Shown here: piece by piece, positions 20,748-40,256 of the stretch
Numbering within the stretch: the stretch's first letter is position 1
Layout of the letters: each line of letters starts with the position of its first letter
Assembly: GCA_009602735.1 (NCBI GenBank)
Contig: WELA01002782.1
Coordinates: 1 to 64,000, forward strand
Direction: 5' to 3'
DNA from: Mesotaenium endlicherianum
Lineage: Eukaryota
Length of the DNA: 64,000 nucleotides
Program-made: the position numbers and the translations under genes
Notes under the pieces: generated by a model
The model's database searches: none
Seen by the model: only the letters and a program-made list of their open reading frames with translations
What the model was told of the DNA's origin: nothing

Positions 20748-23700
20748 NGGTGTTTCCTCCCATCCTCCTCCTCCTCCTCCTGTCGCAACTCCTTCCCCGA
20801 CTGCTACTCCTTACTCTCGTTGCTTGTGCTCCTTCTCCTGGTGCTCGTGATCTGCCGCATGCAAGCGATTGACAATGTGTGTGCATGTGTGTGTGTACAC
20901 GCACGCAAGCACGCTCCTGCTGTGACTTCCTTCTCTCTGTCGTCTCTCTCCCTCTCCCTCCCTCTCCTTTCCTCTCTCTCCCTGCTCTCCATTTCCTGAA
21001 GACGTGACGTGCGTGGTGACCAAAGCCTAATCAGTCTCCTTCTTCATGGCCCCCTGAAGCCCTGCATCCCTCTCTCTGCCCCGGACCTCATGCTTCCTTC
21101 ACGGAGGTGGCCGGTCTTGCTTACAATGAGCCCTCTTGCGTGCGTTGCACTCTTCCTGATTGTGCGCTTTCTTCTGCTGCAGAGGGGGGTTTTGCGCCCC
21201 CCCCCCCGCCGCCCAGCACTCCCCCGAGCGCCCCCCCTCCACCCCCTGCCGCAGCCAAGGCGGGAGGAGGCAGCAGCTCCACAGGCGCCATAGCGGGCGC
21301 GGTCGCGGGCGGCGTGGCAGCCGTCGTGCTCCTGCTGGCACTGCTCCTCTGGTGGCGCTCTAGGAAGAGGGCGGAGGAGAGGCGCAAGAGGAAGCTGGCG
21401 GAGACGCTGCCCGTCGTTGACCCCCTGGAGCGTGAGTGCACCGTGCGCTGCTGCTCTAATTGTCTCTCCCTCTGATGCTATTTTGTTGCTCTCCCGGCAT
21501 CTGCAGGGGCTTGCCATGTGTCGGGCCGTGAGCATGCCTCAGCCCGTGTCAGCGTGCGCCCCAGATGCCGTGCTGCCGCCAGCTGGCCTAGCGACACAGC
21601 TGGTAACGAGGGAGGGAGTGGTGTGTTGGAATGGGGTGGGGCGGCGCGGGCAACGACAGACGCGGTGACGAGCCGGCACTACGGGCAGCTGAAGCGGTAC
21701 ACGCTGGCGGAGATGCGGGCGGCGGCGCGCGAGTTCCACAAGAGCATGGAGCTGGGCGAGGGCGGCTTTGGCATGGTGTACAAGGGCGTGCTGCCGGACG
21801 GCTCCGTCGTCGCCATCAAGCGCCTCAAGGTCTCTCTCTCTTTCCCTCTCTCTGCCGCTGCCGCTGCCATTGCCGCTGCTGCTCCCGCTGTTCCCGCTGC
21901 TCTCGCTGCTGCTGCTGCCGTTGCTGCCGCTGCTGCTGCTGCTGCTACAGCTGCTGGGGTTTCTCCTGCTGCTCCCCTTCCCTTTCTGCCTTCAGGTCTT
22001 TCGGGGAGAGCATCGCAGGCCACTTTCTGTCTGTCTGTCCGTATCTCTGTTTGGGCTGGCTCCAGGCAAGCACTCTCGCTCATGCGTATACACTGCGAGA
22101 AGCAGGAAGTGTAAGACACACGAAGACGCTCCCCCCCTGTGTGTGGTTTTTAGCAGCTCATAGTAAGACTGCGTGCGTGCGCGCGTGCAATCGGGCATGC
22201 AAGAAGCCTACTGCTGCTGCTAGTGCTGTTTCTGGGGCTGGGGCTGTGGGTCCTACGAGTGTGAGAGGCGCACAGGCAGGCAGGCAAGCAGGCAGTGGCT
22301 ACGAGCACGCGTGTGCTTCTTCTTGTGCTGGTTGCCTCAGGCCTGCTTCTGTTTGCCAGCTGCTTCCCTCCTGACAGCTGAGGTGGGCGCACAGGCTTTC
22401 AGGACAAGCAAGAGCTTCCTGCCTGAGTATCCCTCTCCCTCTCCCCCGCCCTCTCCCTCTCACCGCCCCTCTCCCCTGTCGTTCCCTTTCTCTCCTCCCT
22501 GGCAGGCGTTCCCTCTGTCCCTCAGATGCGGAGGCTTGTGCTTGTTGGTGCTGGCGCTGGATGCTAGGAATGACAGAGCCTCCCATCCCCCCTCCTGGCT
22601 CCTCCTCGCGCTCCTCTTTCTGTGTGGCTGCTGAGACGCCTCTGGCTGTCTCAGACTGGGGGGGACCTCTTGCCGTCTGCTCAGCCTCCATGTGTGTCCT
22701 CCTCCTCTCCGCCATCTTGTTTCCCCAGTACTACTATTGATATCTGCCCCCGATTCGGCCCTCACCACTTACAGCCCACCCCCGCGCAAGTAAGCACCTG
22801 CTGATGATGCTCCCATGCCCTATGCCCGTGTGTGCGGTGCACGTGTATGTGCTTCTGTGCCTGCGCCTCCCCCCCGCTGCTGTCTGTTGACAAGCTCGGC
22901 ATTGGTTGTCCTGCTCTCCCTCACACCCCGCATGGATGGATGGAGACGTATGCCTGCCTGCCTGCCTGCCCGCCTGCATGTATGCACCTGCAAGCTGTGC
23001 TGTGCTGTGCTGCGCTGGTGTTTCCACACCCGGCGGACGGATGCGGACGCGCGCGCTTGTGGTGCTGCATCGGCTGCGTGCGTGCGTGCGCGCGTGCGTG
23101 CGCACAAGAGAGCAAGGAGAATACCTTGCGCCTATGCCAACGCCTACGCCTGCATGCGCCTACGCCTGCGCTCTCCCCTCTTTCCTTATCAAGAGCCACC
23201 CTGCTTGCTCACACCCCGTGGGTCAAGCCGCTGTGCTGGTCTGGCTGTGCGTGCATGCGGGGGTGCGTGGGTGCGTGCGTGCGCTGCGTGCCTGGGGTGC
23301 GCGTGCACAGGAGAGCAAGAAGAAGACGGGCGACGCGCAGTTCCTGAACGAGCTGGAGGTGATCAGCCGCGCCATCCACAAGAACCTGCTGCGCCTGGAG
23401 GGCTTCTGCATCGAGCGCGGCGAGCGCATGCTCGTCTTCCCCTTCATGGCGCACGGCTCCGTCGCCGACCACCTCCGCCGTACCCTCCCTCCCTCCCTCC
23501 CTCCCTGCCTTGCTGCCTCTCGCCCTCCTGGCCTACCTCTTGCCTGCCTCCCTGCCTCCCTGCCTCCCTGCTTCTCTGCTTCCCCGCTTTTCTGCCTTTC
23601 TGCCTTCCTGCCTTCCTCTTGCCCTCTTTGCCTGCGTGTCTGTCTGCCTCTCTCCAGCGTTGTTCGTTCCATTCTTGCAAGGCTTGCTCTGGGAGGAAGC

Positions 23701-24757
23701 TGGTGGAAGGCCTAGCAGGCCAGGCACGCACGCGGGCGTACGTTGACGCATGCACATACACATTCGCAAACCTGGGCTCTTCTCCTTCTCCTCTCCCTCC
23801 TCCCCTTCTTGCCCCTGAAGGGAAGGGGGGGGGGAGAGGGGGGGGGCAATTGAGCGAGGCTACCTCAAGCATGCATGAGCACAGAGGGCCACTGCTCCTC
23901 ATCATGGTGGTAATGATGGCGATGATGGTGACGATTATCAGGACCGTGGTGTGATCTATTGCTCTCTGTCTGTCTGGCTCTGCTTCTCGTGGCTTGGTCC
24001 TTCCCGCCACTCCACCACCAGCCAGCAGCAGGAGCATTAGCAGCAGCAGCCCTTAGAGTTCTTCATCCCCCTCTCCCTCTGGAGCTCAAAACCTGCAACA
24101 CACCCACTCTTATTCTCTTATCTCTCTCTCTCACGCACACAAACACATACAAAACTGCGCAGTGAGAGAGAGAGAGAGAGAGTGAGAGAGCGCTGAGCGT
24201 GCCTGAGGCGAGGGGGCTGGAGGTGCAGGCAACAAGCGCTCGCGGGGGGGCAGCAAGGAGCGGCGCACGGTGCTGGCGTGGAGCACGCGCATGCGCATCG
24301 CGCTGGGCACCGCGGAGGGCCTGGCGTACATGCACTACGACTGCTCGCCCAAGCTCATCCACCGCGACGTCAAGGTAGGCCCCCCCTCCTCCTCCCTCTC
24401 CTCCTCCTCCTCCTGCTGCTGCTGCTATGACTGCAACTGCTGCTCCTCTTTCTCCTGCTGCTGCTGCTGCGGCTGATCCTGCTGCTGCTCCTCCTCCTCC
24501 TCCTCCTCGTCCTTGCCCCCCTCCTCATGCTGCCATTACTGCTGCTGCTGTTGCTGCTTTTGCTGCTCTTCCTCCTCTTACTCCTCGTTCTCCTGCTGCT
24601 GCTATTGCTGCTGCTGCTGCTGCGGGGCTGCGGCTGCGGCTGTGCTGCCCCTGGCCTGTGGTGCCCTTCCCTCGTGCTCCAGGCCGTGCTATGTTTGCTT
24701 CTCCGCTGATCTGGCTGCCTCCTCACTTGCGACCCATCAGCATGCATGCGCCTACCC

Positions 24758-24805
<48 letters not shown>

Positions 24806-25206
24806 TCCTGCCTGCCTGCCTGTCTGCCTGCCTGGCTCTCCCCATGGCATGGGGATTAGGAGGATGGGAGGAGCTGCTGCTGTTTTGGGTCATTCCTTCA
24901 AGGGGTAGTGAATGGGCCAGCAAAAGAGCCCAGAAAGGACGCAAGAGAGAGAGAGTGAGGGAGAGACACGCAGACCAGGGGACAGACGCAGCCTCCAGAG
25001 AAAGCATGTGGGCCTGTCTGGAGCCCCTAATGCTCGCCTGGCAGGCAGGCAGCCAGCCAGCCTCTGCAATGGGTGCCCTCCCTCCCTCCCTCCCTATCTG
25101 ACTCCTGGCAGCTGCTGCAGCCCCGTGCGAACATCTGTCCGTTGCTCACGTGAGAGCATCCTACCATCCGTCCGTGTTTGCTCTGCGCGTGCTCTGCTCC
25201 GCTCTG

Positions 25207-25245
<39 letters not shown>

Positions 25246-25914
25246 GTGCATGTGTGTGGGGGGGCGTGGCGGGCGCAGGCGGCGAACGTGCTGCTGGACG
25301 ACAACAACGACGCGGTGCTGGCGGACTTTGGGCTGACGAAGCTGATGAACTACAACGACACGCACGTCACCACCGCCGTGCGCGGCACCGTGGGCCACAT
25401 CGCACCTGGTGGGTGCCCGGCAGCACCTTCTCTCCTCCTCGACTAGGCTGCCTGACTTCGCTACCACCGCACCAACTCTCCTCCTCACTCCTCCGCTTTC
25501 TTCTGACACTCTCCTTCTCGTTCTGCCCGTTCTATATCGCCCAAGCTCCTGCTTGTTAGCGTAAGTGGAGAGAAGGGGGAAGAGAAAGGGGTGGGTGGGT
25601 NNNNNNNNNNNNNNNNNNNNNNNNNNNNNNNNNNNNNNNNNNNNNNNNNNNNNNNNNNNNNNNNNNNNNNNNNNNNNNNNNNNNNNNNNNNNNNNNNNNN
25701 NNNNNNNNNNNNNNNNNNNNNNNNNNNNNNNNNNNNNNNNNNNNNNNNNNNNNNNNNNNNNNNNNNNNNNNNNNNNNNNNNNNNNNNNNNNNNNNNNNNN
25801 NNNNNNNNNNNNNNNNNNNNNNNNNNNNNNNNNAGGGAGGGGGAGAAGGGGGGGAGGGGGGTATAAAACCTGGTCTCAGGCAAGTGCTTGGAGTGGTGGA
25901 AGAAGGAAAAAGAA

Positions 25915-25952
<38 letters not shown>

Positions 25953-28037
25953 CCAACCAGACCTTGATTTAGTCCCAGGGAGGAGTAGGTGGTGTCAGGC
26001 AGGCTGCCCCTTGAGCTGTGGGGTGATGCAGGGAGGGAGGCACCAAAATCCGAGAGGCATGCGTGGGACCCAACGCCAGTTTGAGAGGTTCCCTCGTGTT
26101 GGCAGTGGCGTCCCTGTGGTATGCTAGGCGCTTTGTATGTTCCTGTCGGACAGGCCAGTACCAGGCAACGGCTTGCGAGGATGCAAGCGAGAGGGACTGA
26201 CTCTCTGGCGTCTGTGCGTGTGTTTGTGTACATGTGTGTGTGTATGTGTGTCTGTGTGCGCGCGCGCGCGTGTGCGTGTTTGTGTATGTGTGCGACGGAG
26301 TGAACAGAGTACTTGCTGAGCGGGCAGACGTCGGAGAAGACGGACGTGTTTGGCTTCGGCGTGTTTCTGCTGGAGCTGGCGTCGGGGCAGGGCGCGTACG
26401 ACCTCTCGTTGGCGCCCGAGCGCCAGGACCTCATGCTGCGCGACTGGGTACTCCTCCTCCTCCTTCTATGTTCCCGCTGCTGCCGCCGCCGCTGCTGCTA
26501 CTGCTGCTGCCGCTCTTGCTGCCATTGCTGCTGCTGCTGCTGCTTTTGCTGCTGCCGCTGTAGCTGCTGCTGCAGCTGCCGCTCCTCCCGCAGCTCTGCA
26601 CTTCGTACCAGCGTCGTGCAGTCAGCGTGGCCTTGCTTCTAAGCGCCACAGCTATGGGGCAACAAGCAATGGGAAATGCCTGCAGAAGCCATCCTGCAAT
26701 GTGCACAAGTGCGGGAGTGTGCGCATGCATGTGCGTGTGGGTGTGCGTGTGTGCGTGCGCATGTCCATGCATGAAGTAAGCTGACTTAGTGGTCTTGCCC
26801 CTCAATGCAATGACACGCCGCCACCACCACCACCATCAGCGGCAGCAGCAGCAGTGGCTGATGTAATGAGGGAGGTGGAGCGGGGGTGTTTATGGCCTGG
26901 TGCAGATAGTGATGCTGCTGATGGAGGGGTCGGTGATGGAGCTGGTGGACGCGGACCTGCGCGGCGACGGCATGTGCGACGTGCAGGAGCTGGTGCAGAT
27001 GCTGCAGGTGGCCATCTTCTGCATGCTGGCGGAGCCGAGCGAGCGCCCCACCATGACCGAATGCGTCACTCTGCTCCAGGTCCGCCCGCCCCCACCCCCG
27101 CCCCTTGCACGCGCGTATGAGTGCCCGTGCACACGCGCGAGAAGCACGCACGTCTCTGCTTGCACGCAACCACCCACGCAGGCATGCCTGCGCACGCAGG
27201 CGGGAATGCCTGCCTGCCTGCTTCCCCCCCGCACAGCCCATCTACATGTGCACGTCTGCCTACCCGCCCGCATCTGTTCACACTCTTCACTCGAGGTCGG
27301 CCTGCGCTGGCCGCCTCCCTCTCTGCTGCCCTGCTGTCCGGGGCTGTGTTGCGTGGCAATCCCTTCTCCTCTTCAAGGGAGTAACTCCATCCGCGGGCCT
27401 TCATGCAAGCACTAAACAACTTCATAAACCGCATGCGACCCCAATGTGCCCACCACCTCCCCACCTGAGAGCTGGGAGAGAAGCTGAGCAGGAGCCGCAT
27501 GCTCACACACTGCATGCGCTGCAGAGTCGAGACTCTCGAGGCCAGAGGGGGGCAGGTACCCTCCCACTTCGGCTCCTCGTTTCCGACATGAGAGGGGCTG
27601 CATGGGCACTTGTACGGAGTGCGTATTTCGCACTTGCTCGGGCTCTCTCCCTCCCTCCCTCCCTCCCTCCCTCCGTCACTCCGACACTCCCTACCTCCCT
27701 CTCTACCTCCCTCGGCCAATAATTGCTTCGGGGACAGCCAGCTGCCTTGCGCTCCTGGCTTCACGCATCAGGGGCGGCAGAGAGAGAGTGGGTGTATCTG
27801 AGCTCGTTCTGCCTGTGCGCGCTTGTGAAGTATGCTGAGCTGGCACGGGAGTCCCCTCTGCAACGTGCTGCGCTGGGGGGACTGCAGGGGCGTGAGCTGG
27901 CCGAAAAGTGGCAGCAATGGAGAACGGAGGTTGCGGACGACCCCTCGCAGAGCCGGCAAGACCCGCGCTTGTGGTCCACCCACTCGCGCCAGATGGCGGA
28001 CTCCATGGAGGCTGTGCACCTCTCCGGCCCTCGATGA
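16001..28037 (+). CDS. LRR receptor-like kinase, LRR-II (SERK/NIK-like co-receptor type), 15 exons
   Basis: Exons 16001-16124, 16461-16593, 17746-17817, 18468-18501, 18950-19059, 19675-19743, 20054-20118, 21183-21431, 21660-21829, 23311-23479, 24229-24374, 25279-25408, 26308-26447, 26906-27079, 27888-28037, all GT-AG and phase-compatible. Signal peptide, CTWRYVTC cap, ~4 LRRs, Pro-rich stalk, [48 protein letters not shown]-terminal AVHLSGPR. Confidence 0.92.
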
Positions 28038-28253
28038 CGACCTGTCGTCGCGGCACCGGGTCCAGCACCGGCCTGGGGGGCAGCAGTGCTCTCTGGCTGG
28101 GCATCTCTCCGGCGCTCTGACGGCCCATCGCCAGCACTGGCACCGGCACTGGAGTGGCCGTGGGTTTGGGTGTGGGGGGCCATGGTGCTCAACCCCTCTC
28201 TCTCTCTCTCACCTGGCAGCATGACCTGGCAGATGGCATGGGCGTGGAGGGCG

Positions 28254-28258
<5 letters not shown>

Positions 28259-28313
<55 letters not shown>

Positions 28314-28314
28314 N

Positions 28315-28385
<71 letters not shown>
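28259..28385. repeat. (CT)n microsatellite in the 3' region of the SERK-like gene
   Basis: Long CT run. Similar SSRs ((GA)n 35286-36296 around an N-gap, poly-C 20656-20747, (CA)n ~44300-44372 and 63260-63860, (GCCT)n, (GCT)n) fill many introns. Confidence 0.95.
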
Positions 28386-28387
<2 letters not shown>

Positions 28388-29331
28388 GCCTTCTGGCAAG
28401 CCAGGCCAGGCGGAGGAGGTATGTCCTGGGTTATATATCAATAACTATATATATGTATATGGATGTGAAAGTAGGAGTCGATATAATATATAAAGTTGCC
28501 TGCCCCATGTCTTGCTGCTCATGTTGGGTGCTACACTTCTGCGGGAGAAAGCAGCAGCAGCAGCAGCGGCAACAGCAGCAGCGGCCATGCAGCTAGCGGT
28601 GTCTCTGCTGATAGACTAAACTGCATGGCTGGCATGCATGTTGCCTTAATATGTCTCATGCATGCATTTTTCCGGGGGACAGAAATTCCTTCCGGTTGAA
28701 TGAGGGCTTCTTGAGCTAAGCCATGTAGATTCATTTCAGGCCGGTGCTTGCGGGCAGAAAAGAGTGCACTAGATTGCAGCAATGATAGTTAGTTACCATT
28801 TCTTGTGTTGCTCCAAATTGTCCCGCATCTGCATGGGTCATGGGTTTCAGCAATCTGTCACTACATAAAAGCATGACAATATCTCCACAATCAGTCACAG
28901 TTGCGCTGAAAGGAGACGAAATTAGCTGCAGGTAGCAGCAGCCGTGCCTCTTGCAGGTGAGCTGACAGCGCAGTCGCTGCATGGCTCGTTAAGCTCGTGT
29001 ATACTATCTATCGTCTACGAGAGCTTTCCCTAAGCTCCATTTTGAGAGGACCATGCACGACTGGACGGGGGCCTTGATTGGTTCGCTGGTTGCCCACAAG
29101 AGATAGGGCCAAGCGGTACGTGCCCATGCTCGAAGTTCCATCTAAAAGAGATGTTTGTGTTGCTAAGAGTGGATGACCAGCCAGCTACGTACTTAGCAAG
29201 GCTTCCTAGCTCTAGGAGTGCAGCCATAGGCCGCGGGAATTCCAGTCGATCGAAGCCTCCTTGAATCGGTCCCTAGCTTCTTGGCCCGTGCATGGGCCTG
29301 CAATTCAAAAGTACAAACATGTGCGAAGTGC

Positions 29332-29435
29332 GTCCCCTTTTGCCAGCATGGGCCAGCAAATAATAATAGGTATACATCCAAATGTCCCCTTTTGCCAGCA
29401 CGGGCCAGCAAATAATAATAGGTTTACATCCAAAT
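29332..29435. repeat. 52-bp direct tandem repeat (2 copies)
   Basis: GTCCCCTTTTGCCAGCATGGGCCAGCAAATAATAATAGGTATACATCCAAAT occurs twice with two mismatches. Confidence 0.9.
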
Positions 29436-30768
29436 ATCACTTGACCATTTTATGCAGGCACTGCTCCGCAACAAGGCCAATATGCACAAAAGCAGTATGC
29501 TGTGCATGGATTCATTGATGTTATCTTTGTGTTGGTATTGCACAGGCTCCGGAAAAAGCATGCAAGCAAGACAAAAGCGCATTTGTCCTAATTTTTTATG
29601 CTTTGTATGATTACAATAAAGCTCATTGGGTCATGCAGCCATGAGGCAAATTAATCAACCCAAAGAGCCTGATAGAGCTCCCTGGTGCGAAAGCAGCTCC
29701 GCTATGATCCTGATCAGCGCTTCTCAGATGCAAGATGTCCGTCTGTCTTGTCCTAAGGAGAAGCTAGAACCCCACAAGCAGTGGGGCTTTGACATTTGCT
29801 GTGTGCCACTTGAGCAGCAGACATAGCTTCACATGCTTGTATGCTATGCATACTAATAGTCCTGCCGTACCATAGCGAGCGAGCCCGGAGTGCCTCCTTT
29901 GCTACCACAACGGGACTCTCCTAAGCATATGGAGCACGCGAGCGTTATAAAAATGCTCCGCACCGTAACAGCTCAGAAGCAGCTTTGTGAATCAAGCTTG
30001 AGGGAGCATTCTCAAGGAATGAACAGATAGATATTAATTTAGCGGAAGGCATAATCTTGGAGAGCACTGCCAGGTGCCCTTCAAATCCAGAGTATGCATG
30101 CGGTGTGTGACCAACAGCTTGGGGATGAGATGAAGACACCTGTCATCAGACGGCAAGAGCAGGAGGGCCCATCAAAATTTTACACAAGATGTGCAAATGA
30201 GTGAAATTTCTGAAGTGTGTACACTACTATTAACAAAAGGGGGGTCTTAAAGATGAGCGTGCACGTACGAGCACAAACCGCAGTATATCGTGCAAAGTAA
30301 ACCTTTGCCTTCATACTTAATATTGTTTATGCAAGCACTGATCCTTACCAGCAGGCGGCAAGCACACAACAAAATGAAGAGGAAGACCTTAAGTGATTGA
30401 TTGATAGTACAAGAAGGGAAGGCTCTTGTAGAGAGCACCCACCCACCCACCCACACACTCACAAACACACCCACACCCACATACACGCATGCGAACACAC
30501 ACACACGCACACGCACACGCACTCGCAAGAAGACACATGCACGCACACACACACTCACGCGCTTACATACACACACACACACACACACGCACGCACACAT
30601 GCATGGTAGTGCATCCAATGGGAGAGCACAACCAAGAGGGACTGCCAGCCAGCCAGCCAGCCAGTCAAGCAGGCTGGTGTCCGAGCAGCCATGATTTTGA
30701 AGAGATAGGAAGGGGGAGCGAATGGGTGACGGCGGGCGCCATTCACCATTGCTGACTGGCACGATTGC

Positions 30769-37674
<6,906 letters not shown>

Positions 37675-39077
37675 GTGGGGGGGAGGCGGCCGCCGCCCGC
37701 CTGTCCTCCTCTCTGGGAGGGCCACCATGCCCTCCTGAAAGGCGCGTGCGCTAGCCTGGCTGCCAGCTGGCGACAGCACGTGCCAGGCGTGTGACCTGAC
37801 CTCTGCTCGCGTCAATGATGTGAGGGTCGCAGGCGTGAGTAGTCAGGCGTCAGAGCGCAACTCCTGCCGGGCTTTGCATCAGGGCATGCATGAGTGGAGC
37901 CAGATGCCTCTACGCATGGACAGGTTGCCCGGGCGGAGACCCGCCTAAGGGGAAACGCTTGAGCCTGGGTCACAAACTAGGTCCACTAGTAACTATGTTA
38001 CTCTTCGGCGCACCAAGCATCCTCTTCCTCCCGCACTCTCAGCTGCTGGGTAGATGTCCTCTCCCGGAGAAGCATGCAGCTGACATCAGGGGGGATGTCT
38101 ATTTTGGGAGCAGTTGAGGTCCAGCTGTGGTCATCTAACACACATTTCTAAGCAGTGAGGCGAGCCCTCCTCCTCAAGGAGCAACCGCTGACACCTGGCG
38201 GCAGCAGCAGCTGAAGAAGATGCGCGTGCGACTCCTCTCCCGACAAGAGTCAGCTGTCTCTATCTCTGCTCTGCGCTCGCGCAGCCGGACCTGCTGTTCC
38301 TGTGCAGGAGGTACAACATAGTGGACGAGGCAAATGGTAAGCGCACTGCAAACGCTAGCAGGCTCAGCAGCTGCTGCAATGCACGAGGAGACGGATAGTC
38401 ATCTACGACACAGGTGCACATGTCAAAGCACGGGATGTCGGGACGCTCCTTGATCCTGCATCAATCTCACTCCCAGAGCGCATGGCGCCAGATCTTCGAC
38501 TACCACACTCTTGTCACCATACAAAGACCGTAGCCTGACTGCCACCAAGCTGACATGTGTCATCTGGCCTTAAAGGCACAGCAGGCCTCTCCCGTGACAA
38601 GGACGAAGAGTAGAGAGTCGGGATGTTGCTCTTGGCACATGACCAGTCTCTACTTCATTACGGGACTTCAGGCTCTTCTGGGCACAAAGTGTTGTATCCT
38701 GCAAATATCTCTGAGAGGAGAGATTGAAGCAGTCGGATGGACCAATAATCCCATGCATACAGTGTATCTGAGGAAGTGAACAACTCGCACCTTGTTCTAG
38801 ATTATCTTCGAAACGAGCCGCTCTAGAGGCTAAATGATACTGAAGCTTCACCGCTTCCCGAGTAACCCTGTTAGAGGGGATACCAAATTTTGGCTATCGT
38901 GAATGAGTTTGCACAAATTACTTGGCAGGATTGAATGGTGACTGTTAGGGTATACATCCAGCTTTCCTTCCGTAATTGAAGTACTAGTACGGTATACCTA
39001 GGCTGCAGCTGGATAGCTTTGGGTAAACAATGAGAGTCAATAATTCACTTCTCTATCTAGTCTATGTCAAACACTGC

Positions 39078-39371
39078 TTATAGCTCCCAACGCCCCGCAT
39101 TACATGCATCAACATCTCTAATGTAACTAGTCAAAGCTGACACTTTTGATGGCAGGAAGTGTGGCATAGTCTCTTCTGCAGCGATCCTCCAGTTGTGCGC
39201 TTTGCGCATATGAAACTTCATGACCTCACATTGTCGTAGAATTGGTTTATAAATCTGCTCAACTTTCGCTCCAAATGACGTGAGCACAGTGAACTGCTGC
39301 GACAGGCTGGAGCAGGGCTGGAGCAGGCTTGCAAGAATGGCAATGAGAGCGAGAACAAGGACCCAGCGCAT
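39078..39371 (-). CDS. Possible small secreted protein (97 aa) or non-coding ORF
   Basis: ORF begins MRWVLVLALIAILASLLQPCSS (signal-peptide-like); no recognisable family. Confidence 0.25.
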   Translation of the reverse strand: MRWVLVLALIAILASLLQPCSSLSQQFTVLTSFGAKVEQIYKPILRQCEVMKFHMRKAHNWRIAAEETMPHFLPSKVSALTSYIRDVDACNAGRWEL

Positions 39372-40004
39372 ACGACAGGCACGACTCTCGTTGACTCTGT
39401 GCATCAAAGCGTGCCAATAATAATGTTGAAGATGGTGACGCATGACACCGACAATCAGCGGCCTGGGGTGGTGAACAATCACTTCTTTAGCTGTGATCCT
39501 ACTAAACTGTGCCGCCATATATCGAAGCTTCGTTCACAGGACCCGGTCTCGTGAAACAGACCACCTTCAGCTGTTCTATGCTGTACCGACAGGTTTTGAG
39601 TGGGTGAACCGTGAGAAGCGGAGCCTGCTTGAGAGCCGTCAGCCGCAAAAGAGAGGCCCTTCCCGAGTCCCCATGTGTGTGTTCTACAGATTGGACATTA
39701 GAAAGTTGGTCTGATCTCCCTGGACCTCTTCTTTGGATGATTATGTCGCACGACGTTGCAGGATGACGTGTTAATGGCACCAAACATTACCTGAGAAAGA
39801 AGCAGTGCACGACAGAGTCGTTGACTTTATCTTAGAGATAATCATAATGACCTTTCATGATACATAAGATCCGGGGAGACTGCGGCGTTCTTTTGACGTC
39901 ACACTAGTTACGTCTTCACAAGCTCCATCTCTACAGAATGCTTTGGAGGAAGGTACGGATACACGTGGCAGGGGCTACAATATATCTGAGGAAGTGAAGG
40001 TTGA

Positions 40005-40058
40005 AGGTTGTGAAGGTCGGAGGTCGAAGGTCGAAAGTCGAAAGTCGAAAGTCGAAAG
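40005..40058. repeat. 7-bp tandem repeat (GTCGAAA/GTCGAAG) upstream of DENR
   Basis: GAAGGTCGGAGGTCGAAGGTCGAAAGTCGAAAGTCGAAAGTCGAAAG. Confidence 0.8.
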
Positions 40059-40256
40059 TTTCTTTTTAGCGCTGCATGTACGTGGGTATTTGGGGGTAAA
40101 ATTGGTACGCCTGGCTCATTTCTGATATCCCGTTGATTTCTGAGGCCCTATGAGATAGAAGAAAGACTGTAGTTGGACTATATACTATAACACAAGTGCT
40201 TCTTCTCACCAGTTGGTTTGTGTAAATTTCAGTGAACGCTTGACAAGCGGATCGAT

